The notes under the pieces: generated by a model | Databases searched by the model: none | Seen by the model: only the letters and a program-made list of their open reading frames with translations | Told to the model about the DNA's origin: nothing | NCBI GenBank assembly: GCA_963422655.1 | Contig: OY730440.1 | Location: 472,550 to 536,549, forward strand | Direction: 5' to 3' | Origin: Acidimicrobiales bacterium | Lineage (GTDB): Bacteria; Actinomycetota; Acidimicrobiia; Acidimicrobiales; Aldehydirespiratoraceae | Length of the DNA stretch: 64,000 bases | Program-made: the position numbers and the translations under genes | Shown: piece after piece, positions 8,893-18,818 of the stretch | Numbering within the stretch: position 1 is the first letter of the stretch | Layout of the letters: each line of letters opens with the position of its first letter

Positions 8893-9296
8893 CTTGGGAT
8901 TCTCGTTGTAGATCGACATTCTCTTCGTATGTGTGGCGAAACTCGTCCCCAACGGTTTCGGGCCGAGAGTCCGGGTAGAGCCTCAGCAAATCCCATTCGT
9001 TGATGGCAGCCCGGACCTTGTAGCGCATACGCCCTTGGTATCCGGCTCCACCCGACTGTCTCTCGAGTTGGGGCGCACCCCAGTCGTAGGCTTTGCTGTG
9101 CAACTGCCGAAGTTTTGAAGTCTTCGGTAACGGTTCCGACAACCACCAGTCCCCGATACATGTCACCGGGGACCTGTCCCATCCAACGGGCCGCACGCTG
9201 CAGAGCCCTGGCCAGCGACATCAGCTTCGAGGCTGCTCTGACCGTCGAATCCGCGGCTCTTTCTGTGTCACTGAAGGCCCGTTCGAAGCTGTCCAT
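8876..9296 (-). pseudogene. Hypothetical gene readable only across two frames (frameshifted, mis-sequenced, or recoded)
   Basis: The strong RBS gctAGGAGAacagccggaATG at 9296 opens frame A (MDSFERAFSDTERAADSTVRAASKLMSLARALQRAARWMGQVPGDMY), which then turns Arg-rich and off-frame-looking. The frame of ORF 8876..9196 looks protein-like from GDWWLSEPLPKTSKLRQLHSKAYDWGAPQLE...INEWDLLRLYPDSRPETVGDEFRHTYEENV. I recognise no family. Confidence 0.35.
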
Positions 9297-9381
9297 TCCG
9301 GCTGTTCTCCTAGCCTCGGTCCAGCGATACTAACGCAAGACAACACGACTTCGGAGAAAAGGGCAATGAGATACCGTCCAT

Positions 9382-10851
9382 CTAGTAGCGATAGCGATCC
9401 GACTTGAAGGGGCCGTCGACTCGAACGCCGATGTAGTCGGCCTGGTCCGGAGTCAGCGTGGTGAGCCGGGCCCCGAGAGCGTCGAGATGAAGCCGGGCCA
9501 CCTCCTCGTCGAGGTGGCGAGGCAGCGTCGTCACCCCTTGCATCTGCTCGGCATTGGCGTGCAGCTCCATCTGGGCCAGCACCTGATTGGTGAAACTGCA
9601 CGACATGACGAAGCTGGGATGGCCGGTGGCGTTGCCCAGATTCAGCAGCCGCCCCTCCGACAGGAGGATCACCGAATGGCCGTCGGGAAACACGTACTCG
9701 TCCACCTGGGGCTTGATGGTCACCCGCTGTATGTCCGACATCCGGCTCAACCCGGCCACGTCGATCTCGTTGTCGAAATGACCGATATTGCCGACTATGG
9801 CTTGGTGCTTCATCCGCGCCATGTGACCGGCTAGGATCACGTCTCGGCTGCCGCTGGCCGTGACGAATATGTCAGCGGTGTCGGCAACGTTCTCGAGAGT
9901 ATCGACCTCATACCCCTCCATCACCGCTTGCAGAGCGCAGATGGGGTCTATCTCGGTGACGATCACCCGCGCTCCCTGCCCGCGCAGAGCCGCGGCACAG
10001 CCCTTGCCGACATCGCCGTAACCGCAGACCACGGCCACTTTCCCACCGATCATCACATCGGTGGCCCGATTGATCCCGTCGATCAACGAATGCCGACATC
10101 CGTACATGTTGTCGAACTTCGACTTGGTGACCGAGTCGTTCACGTTGACGGCCGGGAACAGCAACTCTCCCCTGTCCCTCATCTGATGGAGGCGGTGCAC
10201 CCCGGTGGTGGTCTCCTCGGACACGCCCCGGATGCCCGACGCCAGCTTCGAGAAGAAACCAGGATCGGTGGCGGCAATGAGTCGGAGCCGCTCGAGGAAA
10301 GCCCGCCAGTCCTCGGGATCGGCCTCGGCGGCAGAAGGGATGGCGCCGGTCCGCTCGAACTCCAATCCTTTGTGAACCATCAGGGTGGCGTCTCCGCCGT
10401 CGTCGAGAACGAGGTTGGGTCCCTCACCGTCGGGCCAGCGCAAGATCTGTTCGGTAGCCCACCAGTATTCCTGTAGCGTCTCGCCCTTCCAAGCGAACAC
10501 CGGTACTCCCCGAGGCTTGTCAACCGTGCCGGCAGGGCCGACGGCCACCGCGGCCGCGGCTTGGTCCTGGGTGGAAAAGATGTTGCAACTGGCCCAGCGA
10601 ACCTCAGCCCCCAGCGCCACCAGCGTTTCGATGAGTACTGCGGTCTGGACCGTCATGTGCAGCGACCCGGCGATACGGGCCCCGGCCAGCGGTTGATCGT
10701 CGAGGTATAGAGCCCGTAGAGCCATGAGCCCGGGCATCTCGTGTTCGGCCAGACGGATCTCCCGGCGCCCGAGCGGGGCCAGTGCCGTATCGGCGATACG
10801 GAAGTCGCCGGGATGATGGTCGGCAGCAGCGCCAGTTGCAACGGAGGTCAC
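9382..10851 (-). CDS. ahcY: Adenosylhomocysteinase
   Basis: [32 protein letters not shown], and the NAD site [14 protein letters not shown] 10851..10849 overlaps the manA TGA (GTGA), giving 489 aa. The upstream part of the 534-aa ORF is Arg/Gly-rich and not protein-like. Confidence 0.93.
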   Translation of the reverse strand: MTSVATGAAADHHPGDFRIADTALAPLGRREIRLAEHEMPGLMALRALYLDDQPLAGARIAGSLHMTVQTAVLIETLVALGAEVRWASCNIFSTQDQAAAAVAVGPAGTVDKPRGVPVFAWKGETLQEYWWATEQILRWPDGEGPNLVLDDGGDATLMVHKGLEFERTGAIPSAAEADPEDWRAFLERLRLIAATDPGFFSKLASGIRGVSEETTTGVHRLHQMRDRGELLFPAVNVNDSVTKSKFDNMYGCRHSLIDGINRATDVMIGGKVAVVCGYGDVGKGCAAALRGQGARVIVTEIDPICALQAVMEGYEVDTLENVADTADIFVTASGSRDVILAGHMARMKHQAIVGNIGHFDNEIDVAGLSRMSDIQRVTIKPQVDEYVFPDGHSVILLSEGRLLNLGNATGHPSFVMSCSFTNQVLAQMELHANAEQMQGVTTLPRHLDEEVARLHLDALGARLTTLTPDQADYIGVRVDGPFKSDRYRY

Positions 10852-12014
10852 AGGTCCGAACCTACTCCAGCTCGAAAGACCGTGGCGCCCCCCGAGAGCA
10901 CAACCGCCTCGGTATCGGCACCTACCCAGGCCGCCCGGCCACAGTCGAGCCCGAGATCGCCGGCCCGGACCTGCCCGCGGGTGCACAGCACTATGGCCGG
11001 ACCGCCGGTCACGGTGGCCTCGCCGCTGACTTCGATCCGCTGCAACGAGAACTCCGGCGCTGAGGTCCGGTACGAGGTCACGGTGCCGACCGGAGCCGGC
11101 TGCTGCACATCAGGGACGCTGGGATCGGTGGAGACGACGTCGAGGAACGTCGAGATGTCGACAGGCTTGGAAGTCAGCCCGGCTCGGATCACGTTGTCCG
11201 AACTGGCCATCACCTCCACACCCGTTCCTCTCAGGTAGGCGTGGAGGCTGCCGGCGCCGAGGAACAGCGCCTGACCGGGCTGGAGGGTTACGAGGTTGAG
11301 CAGCAACGCCACCACCACCCCGGGATCACCGCGATGATGGGTTTCGAGGTCGGCCACCATGGCTCGCTCGGCGCTCCAGTCACCGGTCGCTCCGGCGCAA
11401 GCCTGCGCCACCGCATGGCTGAGGCCGGCGGTGGCAGCGGTGTCATCGGTGAGCAGCCGGGTGGTCAGATCCCGTAGACCGGCCCCGGTGGGATGGTCGC
11501 TCAGGCGCCGACGCAGCGGATCCAGGGCCGGAGTCTCGATGGTGTCCAGCAGGGCCAGGGTGCTGTTCGGGTCCCGGAATCCGCACAGCATGTCGAAGGG
11601 GGTCAGGGCGCAGATGAGCTCGGGTTTGGGTGACCGGTCCCGGAACGACCGTTGCGGGCTGTGGATGGGAATGCCCAGTGCTTCTTCCCGGGCGAATCCG
11701 GCCCGAGCCGCCTCCGCACAGGGATGGGCCTGTAACGACAGCGGCTGGGCCGCAGCCAGAACCTTGAGCAGGAAAGGTAACGAGCCGAAGCGAGTGGCCA
11801 CCGCCAGCCCGAGGGCGGTTTCTGGGTCGGCGGTGATGAGCTGGTCCAGCCGAACGGCACCGGATCCGGAGCCGACCATCGCCGGCCCCGAGGGATGGGC
11901 TCCGAACCAGAGCTCGGCCCAGGTCCGATCGGAGGCGGCCAGACCGAGCATGGCCGGGATAGCAGTGCGCGACCCCCAGTCGTAGAAGCGCGCCACCCCG
12001 ACCAGTGGTTCCAA
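10848..12014 (-). CDS. manA: Mannose-6-phosphate isomerase, class I
   Basis: YDWGS...AELWFGAHP...[20 protein letters not shown] is the type I PMI signature. 388 aa. Confidence 0.9.
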   Translation of the reverse strand: MEPLVGVARFYDWGSRTAIPAMLGLAASDRTWAELWFGAHPSGPAMVGSGSGAVRLDQLITADPETALGLAVATRFGSLPFLLKVLAAAQPLSLQAHPCAEAARAGFAREEALGIPIHSPQRSFRDRSPKPELICALTPFDMLCGFRDPNSTLALLDTIETPALDPLRRRLSDHPTGAGLRDLTTRLLTDDTAATAGLSHAVAQACAGATGDWSAERAMVADLETHHRGDPGVVVALLLNLVTLQPGQALFLGAGSLHAYLRGTGVEVMASSDNVIRAGLTSKPVDISTFLDVVSTDPSVPDVQQPAPVGTVTSYRTSAPEFSLQRIEVSGEATVTGGPAIVLCTRGQVRAGDLGLDCGRAAWVGADTEAVVLSGGATVFRAGVGSDL

Positions 12015-12015
12015 C

Positions 12016-12252
12016 TCAGCTCCCGAACGTAAGGGGGATGTTCTCGTCGGCGGCTTTGTCCATCAGCCGCCGGTGCTCGGAGCCGTCGAGAGTTTCGGCC
12101 TCGTCGCTCAGCATCACCGGTATGTCGTCGTCGATCCGGTACCGCAGCTTCAGCCGCGGGTTGTAGAGAGCGTCTTCGTCCTCGAAGTAGTACAGCGGCC
12201 CCTTGTCGATGGGACAGGCCAAGATCTCCAGGAGACGGGCATCCAGAGTCAT
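12016..12252 (-). CDS. Trm112-family small protein
   Basis: LLEILACPIDKGPLYY...DIPVMLSDEA is the Trm112/UPF0434 pattern. 78 aa, wedged between manB and manA with 1-nt gaps. Confidence 0.8.
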   Translation of the reverse strand: MTLDARLLEILACPIDKGPLYYFEDEDALYNPRLKLRYRIDDDIPVMLSDEAETLDGSEHRRLMDKAADENIPLTFGS

Positions 12253-12253
12253 T

Positions 12254-13636
12254 TCACACCTCTCGGATAGTTCCAGTACGGTCGGTCAGCAGTCGGCGAA
12301 CCTCGTTGACCCGGGCTTCGACCTCGCCGGGGGTGGCGGCCTCGAGGTTGAGACGCAGCCGCGGTTCGGTGTTTGAAGACCGGAGATTGAACCACCATGC
12401 ACCGCAGTCGACGGTGAGGCCGTCGAGCCGATCTGGAGTCACACCCCGGAGGCCGACGAAGTCGCTCGCGACCGCTTCGATGGCAGCAACGGGATCAGCC
12501 ACCTCGAAGTTGATCTCGCCTGAAGATGCGTACCGGTCCAACGACGACACCAACTCGCTCAGAGTGCCGTCGTGTCGGCACAGGGTCTCCAGAACCACCA
12601 AGGCTGCGATCATCCCGCTGTCGGCTCCGAAATTGTCGAGGAAGTAGTAGTGGCCGGAATGCTCGCCCCCGAATACCGCTCCCGTCTCGGCCATCACTTG
12701 CTTGATGAACGAATGACCCACCCGAGCGCGCACGGGCCGGCCCCCAGCGGCGGCAACGGTCTCGGGAACGGCTTTCGAACAGATCAGGTTGTGGATGATC
12801 GTCGCTCCGGGCCGGCGGTCGAGGATGGTGCGGGCCACCAGAGCGGTGATCAGCGATCCCGGCAGCGAACGGCCCGTCTCGTCCACGAAGAAAACCCGAT
12901 CGGCGTCACCGTCGAAAGCGATCCCGATGTCGGCTCCCGTATCGAGCACCCGGGCCACCAGATCCTGCTGGTTCTCGGTCTGGAGAGGATCGGCGGGGTG
13001 GTTGGGGAAGGTACCGTCCAGCTCCGGGTACAGGTGATCCAGCTCGAACGGGAGCTCCTCGAACACGGCCGGGACGATCAGGCCGCCCATGCCGTTGGCG
13101 GAGTCCACCACCACCCGCAGCCGCCTCAGAGCTGTCTCATCGACGAAGCAACGTACGTGAGCCACGTACTCGTCGAGTATGCGGTGCTCGGTTTCGGCAC
13201 CGGGCACCCCGACCGGATCGGGATCGGTCCCGGCCCGGGCCATGGCCTCGATGTCACCCAACCCGGTGTCGCTACCTATGGGCACGGCCCGGGCCAGACA
13301 CATTTTTATGCCGTTGAACGGAGCCGGGTTGTGTGAGGCCGTGAACATGGCTCCGGGCCGGTCGAGCCGGCCCGAGGCGAAATACATCATGTCGGTGGAG
13401 CAGAGCCCGATATCGGCGACGTCGATCCCGTGGGCTAGCACCCCATCGGTGAATGCAGCCACGAGCTCGACCCCGTGAGGGCGCATGTCCCGCCCGATGA
13501 CGACGGCCTCGGACCCCTTCGATCTCACGAACCGGGCGAAGGCCCCACCGATGGCCCGGCATGCGTCGGCGTCGATCTGATCACCGACGATGCCCCGAAT
13601 GTCGTAGGCCTTGAAGATCGCGTCGTAGTCCGCCAT
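12254..13636 (-). CDS. manB: Phosphomannomutase/phosphoglucomutase
   Basis: FKAYDIRG start region, active-site TASHNPAPFNGIK, metal loop FDGDADR, 460 aa. Confidence 0.92.
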   Translation of the reverse strand: MADYDAIFKAYDIRGIVGDQIDADACRAIGGAFARFVRSKGSEAVVIGRDMRPHGVELVAAFTDGVLAHGIDVADIGLCSTDMMYFASGRLDRPGAMFTASHNPAPFNGIKMCLARAVPIGSDTGLGDIEAMARAGTDPDPVGVPGAETEHRILDEYVAHVRCFVDETALRRLRVVVDSANGMGGLIVPAVFEELPFELDHLYPELDGTFPNHPADPLQTENQQDLVARVLDTGADIGIAFDGDADRVFFVDETGRSLPGSLITALVARTILDRRPGATIIHNLICSKAVPETVAAAGGRPVRARVGHSFIKQVMAETGAVFGGEHSGHYYFLDNFGADSGMIAALVVLETLCRHDGTLSELVSSLDRYASSGEINFEVADPVAAIEAVASDFVGLRGVTPDRLDGLTVDCGAWWFNLRSSNTEPRLRLNLEAATPGEVEARVNEVRRLLTDRTGTIREV

Positions 13637-13665
13637 GCCCTGCGAATCTACTGACCTGGCGTCGA

Positions 13666-14397
13666 TTAACGGGCCGGCGGGACGATCGGGGGCGATACCC
13701 GCCTCAACGACGAGGACACGGTGCTGGCCCTACCTATGCCGAAGGCAATGATCGCTGCGGCAGCGATGACGACCAGGACGGAGAACTTGACGACAGCTTG
13801 TGCGCAGCCAGAACGAGACTTCGAACGGCTGGGGTGTCGGGGTCGGGCTCGTTTCGGTTTGGCGCGGTGGGCGCGGGGAGGATCGTCTCGAGGTTTTCGG
13901 TCCGCCTGATCGAGCCTTCCCCTCAGGCTATCGGCAGACCATGCATCTTTCTGGAGCTCGCTCATTTGCGAGAACAGCCGTGGATGGTCCCCCTCGACGA
14001 CCTCGGCCATCACCTCGAAGTTGTCATGCAGACCGGCCTTGGTGAGGTTCGCCGAACCGACCATGACCGCGCTCTTGATACCACGAGACGAATCGGGCCG
14101 AACCATCCACACCTTCAGGTGGGCCTCGGCCTTACCGAGCTGGTTCTTGTCGGTGCGATACCAGTTCACTACTTCCACATCGGAGCGATCCAAGAACGCC
14201 AAAGCCGCGAGCCGATCGACCTCGCTGTGGTTCGAGAAACCTGTTCTGATGTCACCGATCAGCAACCACACCGGGCGACCTCGGGTGCGTTGATCGAGCC
14301 ATCCCAGCCCGTAAGCGCTGGCATACCCGACAGCCACGTCCAGCTTTCCTATCGGATTGGCCCGAAGAAAGCCCTCGATCACTTCAGTCACAGGCAT
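13666..14397 (-). CDS. Single-HKD phospholipase D-like (Nuc-like) domain protein with C-terminal TM anchor
   Basis: HKD motif HLKVWMV...(12)...VMVGSANLTKAGL. N-terminal LDVAVGYASAYGLGWL is typical of PLD-nuclease domains. A basic linker (RAHRAKPKRARPRHPSRSKSR) is followed by the hydrophobic segment VVKFSVLVVIAAAAIIAFGI. The RBS GAGGAGGtccctATG places the start at 14397. About 61% GC in 14041-14160 by hand count. Confidence 0.75.
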   Translation of the reverse strand: MPVTEVIEGFLRANPIGKLDVAVGYASAYGLGWLDQRTRGRPVWLLIGDIRTGFSNHSEVDRLAALAFLDRSDVEVVNWYRTDKNQLGKAEAHLKVWMVRPDSSRGIKSAVMVGSANLTKAGLHDNFEVMAEVVEGDHPRLFSQMSELQKDAWSADSLRGRLDQADRKPRDDPPRAHRAKPKRARPRHPSRSKSRSGCAQAVVKFSVLVVIAAAAIIAFGIGRASTVSSSLRRVSPPIVPPAR

Positions 14398-14454
14398 AGG
14401 GACCTCCTCGCCCGGATTTGTCGGCACGGCCTGCGACCCTAACGTCTATGACAA

Positions 14455-15168
14455 CTACTGGGCAGGCGTCGAGTACCGGCCCCGGCTGGCTCGGAGCCGG
14501 ATCCGGCCCACATCGCGTATCAGGGCGAAGCCGTGCCTGACGGCTCGCACGGTGGACGTGTCACGCTGGATGGAGTCCACAGGCACCTCGCAAACCCCGA
14601 AACTGTAGAGTTCGGCCAAGTACAACAACTCGACATCGAAAGCGAAACCCTTGATGACGCCGACATCGAACAGTGCGCCCGCCACGCTGTCGCGGAAGGC
14701 CTTCAGGCCGCATTGCGTGTCTCGATAGTTGCCGGCCAGCACGAGCCGAGCAGCCCAATTCACCACCCGGCTACCAGCCCGACGCCGCCATGGGGGCCTC
14801 CGAGCCGGTCGGGTCCGGAAGTGGTAGCGACTACCGATAGCCATGTCGCATCCGGCCTCGACCACCTCCAGCAACCGGACCACCTGTAGAGGCTGATAGG
14901 ACAGATCGGCGTCGGTGAAGACCACCGTCGACCCGGTGGCGACTCGGACCCCGGCCCGGACTGCAGCGCCCTTACCTCGATGCACCGGCAGTTCCACAAC
15001 CACATCCGCCCCGACCTGTCGGGCTGCGTCGGCAGTTCCGTCACCGGAACCGTCGTCGACCACCACGATCTGCAGACCACCACCCGAAGCCACACTCGTA
15101 AGCCCCGAGCGGAGAGCAGTAACCGTGGCCCCGATGCGGGACGCTTCGCGGTAGGCCGGGATCACCAA
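14455..15168 (-). CDS. GT2 glycosyltransferase, polyprenyl-phosphate sugar synthase-like
   Basis: VIPAYREA..., VVVDDGSGDGT, TDADLSY (DxD), GFAFDVELL. 237 aa with GTG/TTG start. Confidence 0.85.
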   Translation of the reverse strand: MVIPAYREASRIGATVTALRSGLTSVASGGGLQIVVVDDGSGDGTADAARQVGADVVVELPVHRGKGAAVRAGVRVATGSTVVFTDADLSYQPLQVVRLLEVVEAGCDMAIGSRYHFRTRPARRPPWRRRAGSRVVNWAARLVLAGNYRDTQCGLKAFRDSVAGALFDVGVIKGFAFDVELLYLAELYSFGVCEVPVDSIQRDTSTVRAVRHGFALIRDVGRIRLRASRGRYSTPAQ

Positions 15169-15179
15169 CGAGAGCCGTA

Positions 15180-17924
15180 TCAGCGGCTCCTCCTTCCGGT
15201 TCGGCCGGGCACTCCGACGGCCAGATACACCGCCCCCGCCAAACCGACCAGTGTCAACCCCAGAGCCACCAGTTCCACCTGGCTGCGTCCGTACTCCAAG
15301 GTCACCTCGGTGGCGGTGGGTATCACCACCATCAGGTTAGGGGTCACCCGGTAGGGCCCGTCCCCACCGGTGACCGACCAGTTGGGGAAGTACGAGGCCC
15401 GGACCAGAACCGGTGAGCCCAACCGATCGACCATGAACGAGATCGACTGGTCGCCCCAGACGATGTCGCTCACCGCGGCCGGCTCGACCCGTCGGCGGGG
15501 CGCGCCCTCACCGAGGAGATCGGCAAAGGCCCGCATGACCGCGACCCGACCGCTCGCAGAAGCTCGGGCTGCGGCCAGCCGGCCCTCGTCGTCGAGGTCG
15601 ACCAGGTTCAGGGTGGGCCAGTCTTCGGCACCGAAGTAGCCGTTCCCTCCCGGCCCCTCAGCAGCAAACACCGGCGTATTTTCCGAAGCCAGGAAGGCCC
15701 CGACCGAGACTTCGAGCCAGTCGTAGTCGGCATCGGCGAAGTCGTCGATTACCACCGGTAGCAGGTCGAGACCTACGACGCTACCGCTGCCGGCCACCTC
15801 GAAGATCACCCAGGGGCCCGACGTGGCGATCTCGTCGAGGTCGGGCTCAGCTCGAGCCTGGGCCACAGCCGGCTCGGAGAAGGCCAGGTAGTAGCGCACC
15901 CCCATCGCCTGGAGGTGATCTACCCCGGCCGCAACGTCGAGCCCCGAATACGGCAGGCTGCGCTGGGATCTAGACGGCGCCGCCGACAGTTCCGACTGCA
16001 TCAAAAAGTGGTAGGGGGTCGTGGCCGAGGCCTCGAAGTACAGGCCTTCCATGGAGGCGATACAGCGATCGGTCCAGTACGGCAACAGCATCGGGGCCAT
16101 GGTGGTGCCATAGGAACCGAGCCGCTCAGACTCGTATTCCCACAGCGACCGGCCACAACCGTATTCGGTGCCCACCCGCTTCATGGTCTCAACCAGCTCG
16201 GCGTACTCCAAGGTTCCACCGCCGGCCTCGGTCGGCCTCTTGTTCTCATAGCCGGAGAAGTTGTACTCGATCCAGGAGCCCCCCAGATGGAACTCATCGG
16301 TGTGCAGCGGTCCCCACCGGTAGACCCCACCGGCGTCGAGGCGGCCGCCGGGCAGCGATCGCAGCGGCAACCCTACCATCACCATCATCGCCGCCACCGC
16401 CATCCCTGCCATTGTGGCGGTAATGGCCAAACCGGTACCGGCCAGTCGAACACTGATCAGGCGGACAAAGATGCGGATCACCTCGCTAACGCCAATCGCC
16501 GCCAGCAAATAGACAGAGAGATAATAAAAGGGCAGCAGCCTCACGTTCCACAGCCGCCACTCCGGCAGGATCACGAAGACGGCTGCCGCCACTGCTGCGG
16601 TCACGGCCAAAGCCATACCCAAATGCACCCGGCGGGTGAAGCAGATGACCGCGCCGAGAGCCGCCAGCACTACAAATAGCTGCAAGGGTGGGTCGTTGAC
16701 CAGGAAGTCGTAGGAGAAAGAGGTACGAGACCACAGCGCCGATAGATAGGTCCGCTGCTTGCCCCAACCCATATCGTTGAGCAGCTTCCGGTTCCAGAAG
16801 AATGGCAACACCCACCATGCGCTGAGTAGCCCGGCCAGAATCCCGGTCACCAGCACCCAGCGGAGCCGGTCCCAGCCCCGGCGCACCATCAGCATGGCGA
16901 CAGTGAATACCAGAGCGAAGAATGCTGCGAACAGGTGGGTCAACCCGGCCAGAGCCAGCAATACACCGGCGGTGACCCGGCCGCCGCCGGTGTGCAAGCC
17001 TCGGCTGGCCACACCCATGTAGAACACGGCCGTCATCAAGCCGAGTGAGTAGGCGAACTCCCCCGCCATCGTCGACAGCAGGTTGCCTCCGTAGATATTG
17101 AAGGACCGGTCGAACAGGAACGCAAGGGTGCCGGCCGCCATCAGGGCCGGACCGGGGAAGGCCAGCCCGCCGAGCCGGGCCATGACATAGGCGGCAACGG
17201 GTAGACCAACGACGCCGGCAATGGCAACCAACTTGAAAGCCACGCCGTAGGGAACCGGAGTGACCAGTGCCACGGTCGTCACCGCTGCCACCGTCACCGG
17301 CAAACGGGCCCACCCGGCCCGACCTCGATACCGGAATCGGGGCCAGGTCCAGGCCAGAAAACCGGCTGCGACCGGCCCGCCCACGGCAGCCATGAACAGA
17401 ACGAAAAGGGTGTCGTCGTAGTAGAAACCAGGCCCGAACCCCAGCCCGATGGTCCGGCCGTCGAGACGGTCGAGAACCGCCATGACCGCGACGACCGCCC
17501 CGGCAACTACGGCCACGCCCAGCCATCGACTCGAGAACCCGAACCGGCTGAGGCTCCATCGACCCGAGAACCCGAACCGGCTGAGCCCGATCCAGCCCAG
17601 GGCCATCGCAGCCAGATGAGCGAAGACCTCCACCGGCAGGCTCACCCCGGCCTCCACCATCACCACCAGCAACGATGGGATCACCATGTAGAAGGTGAAG
17701 GCAGGAAAGCCTGCGTACCAATCCTGGGTCCAGCCCGTTAGCCGCAGATCGCTCAGGAGCACATCCCGCAAGTAGGCCGGCGCCCACACGTGAGCACCCA
17801 TGTCTCCACCGGCAGGGGTGGTATCGGTGAACCACGCCCACGGCCTCAGATTGCTGATCGAGAAAAGCATGACCGCAACCACGATCCCGACGGTGACGAA
17901 GCGGCGAGCTCTTGGACCAGTCAC
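15180..17924 (-). CDS. Large polytopic membrane protein, GT-C-type glycosyltransferase candidate
   Basis: More than 15 predicted TM segments are followed by a soluble C-terminal domain of about 350 aa. The early loop GGDMGAHVW...GWTQDWYAGFP lies beside a Pol-P-sugar synthase-like GT2. GTG 17924..17922 overlaps the CPBP stop (GTGA); the ORF track allows a start at 18005. Confidence 0.6.
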   Translation of the reverse strand: MTGPRARRFVTVGIVVAVMLFSISNLRPWAWFTDTTPAGGDMGAHVWAPAYLRDVLLSDLRLTGWTQDWYAGFPAFTFYMVIPSLLVVMVEAGVSLPVEVFAHLAAMALGWIGLSRFGFSGRWSLSRFGFSSRWLGVAVVAGAVVAVMAVLDRLDGRTIGLGFGPGFYYDDTLFVLFMAAVGGPVAAGFLAWTWPRFRYRGRAGWARLPVTVAAVTTVALVTPVPYGVAFKLVAIAGVVGLPVAAYVMARLGGLAFPGPALMAAGTLAFLFDRSFNIYGGNLLSTMAGEFAYSLGLMTAVFYMGVASRGLHTGGGRVTAGVLLALAGLTHLFAAFFALVFTVAMLMVRRGWDRLRWVLVTGILAGLLSAWWVLPFFWNRKLLNDMGWGKQRTYLSALWSRTSFSYDFLVNDPPLQLFVVLAALGAVICFTRRVHLGMALAVTAAVAAAVFVILPEWRLWNVRLLPFYYLSVYLLAAIGVSEVIRIFVRLISVRLAGTGLAITATMAGMAVAAMMVMVGLPLRSLPGGRLDAGGVYRWGPLHTDEFHLGGSWIEYNFSGYENKRPTEAGGGTLEYAELVETMKRVGTEYGCGRSLWEYESERLGSYGTTMAPMLLPYWTDRCIASMEGLYFEASATTPYHFLMQSELSAAPSRSQRSLPYSGLDVAAGVDHLQAMGVRYYLAFSEPAVAQARAEPDLDEIATSGPWVIFEVAGSGSVVGLDLLPVVIDDFADADYDWLEVSVGAFLASENTPVFAAEGPGGNGYFGAEDWPTLNLVDLDDEGRLAAARASASGRVAVMRAFADLLGEGAPRRRVEPAAVSDIVWGDQSISFMVDRLGSPVLVRASYFPNWSVTGGDGPYRVTPNLMVVIPTATEVTLEYGRSQVELVALGLTLVGLAGAVYLAVGVPGRTGRRSR
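17523..17585 (-). repeat. 2 x 33-bp in-frame tandem duplication inside the GT-C candidate
   Basis: ccatcgac(t/c)cgagaacccgaaccggctgag occurs at 17523-17552 and 17556-17585 with 1 mismatch. It encodes the duplicated LSRFGFS(G/S)RW. Confidence 0.9.
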
Positions 17925-18679
17925 GTTGTCAGCAACACGACGACCGTCGCCGAATTGAAGGTCGCGTGGGACCAGATTGCCGGTCCGAGTCGACCCGTCC
18001 GCCAAACCAGTATCCCGTTGACCACACCCACCAGCACCAGGGCCGGGAACTGCACACCCTGGAAATGCGAAGCAGCGAACAGCAGCGAAGCACAGCCGAT
18101 ACCGGCGATGGGGCCCAGCCAGTCGTGCAACGCTCCTTGCAGCAGGCCCCTGTAAAAGACTTCCTCGACGATGGGGGCGCCGATGATCGTCATCAACGTC
18201 AGGGCGACGACATCGAGGATGCCGCCGGCCTGATCCACCAGCGACCGAGCCGGCCCTCCCACGTCGAGGTCACCGAACAGCCGCATGATCAGCAGGTAGA
18301 GCAGCGGGACGAGTACGAACTGTAGTCCGATCCCGGCCCCGATTCCGATGCCCACATCCCGAGGACGCATGCTCCAGCCCATCTGGGACTTCCAGTCGAG
18401 CCCGCTACGGCGGGCCAGTACCGGGGCGCCGATCAAGCCGACCCATAACGGAGCTTGCAGAAAGACCAACCAGCCCAAGGGGATAGGGACGCGATCCCTG
18501 ACCAGCTCGACCCCTCGAGCCAACTGCATGGTCGTGCGACCGAGCGCGCTGCCGATTTCGGGCACCAGCACCAGCTCGTAGCCTCCCGCCGCGGCTACCA
18601 GGCCCACGACGACAGCACTGACCACGAAACCGAAAGCGAAGCCGGCCAGCGCCCACAAGAGCCGTGCCCGAACCGCCAT
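17921..18679 (-). CDS. CPBP family intramembrane glutamic endopeptidase (CAAX protease-like)
   Basis: Motif 1 IVEEVFYRGLL, motif 2 LLFAASHF, motif 3 HATFN. Start chosen at MAVRARLLWALAGF; the upstream part of the ORF is poly-Gly antisense to ftsH. Confidence 0.85.
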   Translation of the reverse strand: MAVRARLLWALAGFAFGFVVSAVVVGLVAAAGGYELVLVPEIGSALGRTTMQLARGVELVRDRVPIPLGWLVFLQAPLWVGLIGAPVLARRSGLDWKSQMGWSMRPRDVGIGIGAGIGLQFVLVPLLYLLIMRLFGDLDVGGPARSLVDQAGGILDVVALTLMTIIGAPIVEEVFYRGLLQGALHDWLGPIAGIGCASLLFAASHFQGVQFPALVLVGVVNGILVWRTGRLGPAIWSHATFNSATVVVLLTT

Positions 18680-18818
18680 GACCAAACCGTACCCAGCTTC
18701 AGCTCCGGTGGTCCCCTTCGCAGAGTTGAGTTGGGCTGGGCAGGTTTCGAATTGTACGAACGCCGAACCCCGAGAGCCACCCTGCGGATCGCCCTTGCTG
18801 CCCATTAGCCTTGTCCCG

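Noticed and set aside
10852-10986. A possible SAH riboswitch or leader upstream of ahcY
   Set aside because: The ahcY GTG overlaps the manA stop codon, leaving no untranslated leader. The stretch is the manA 3' coding region.
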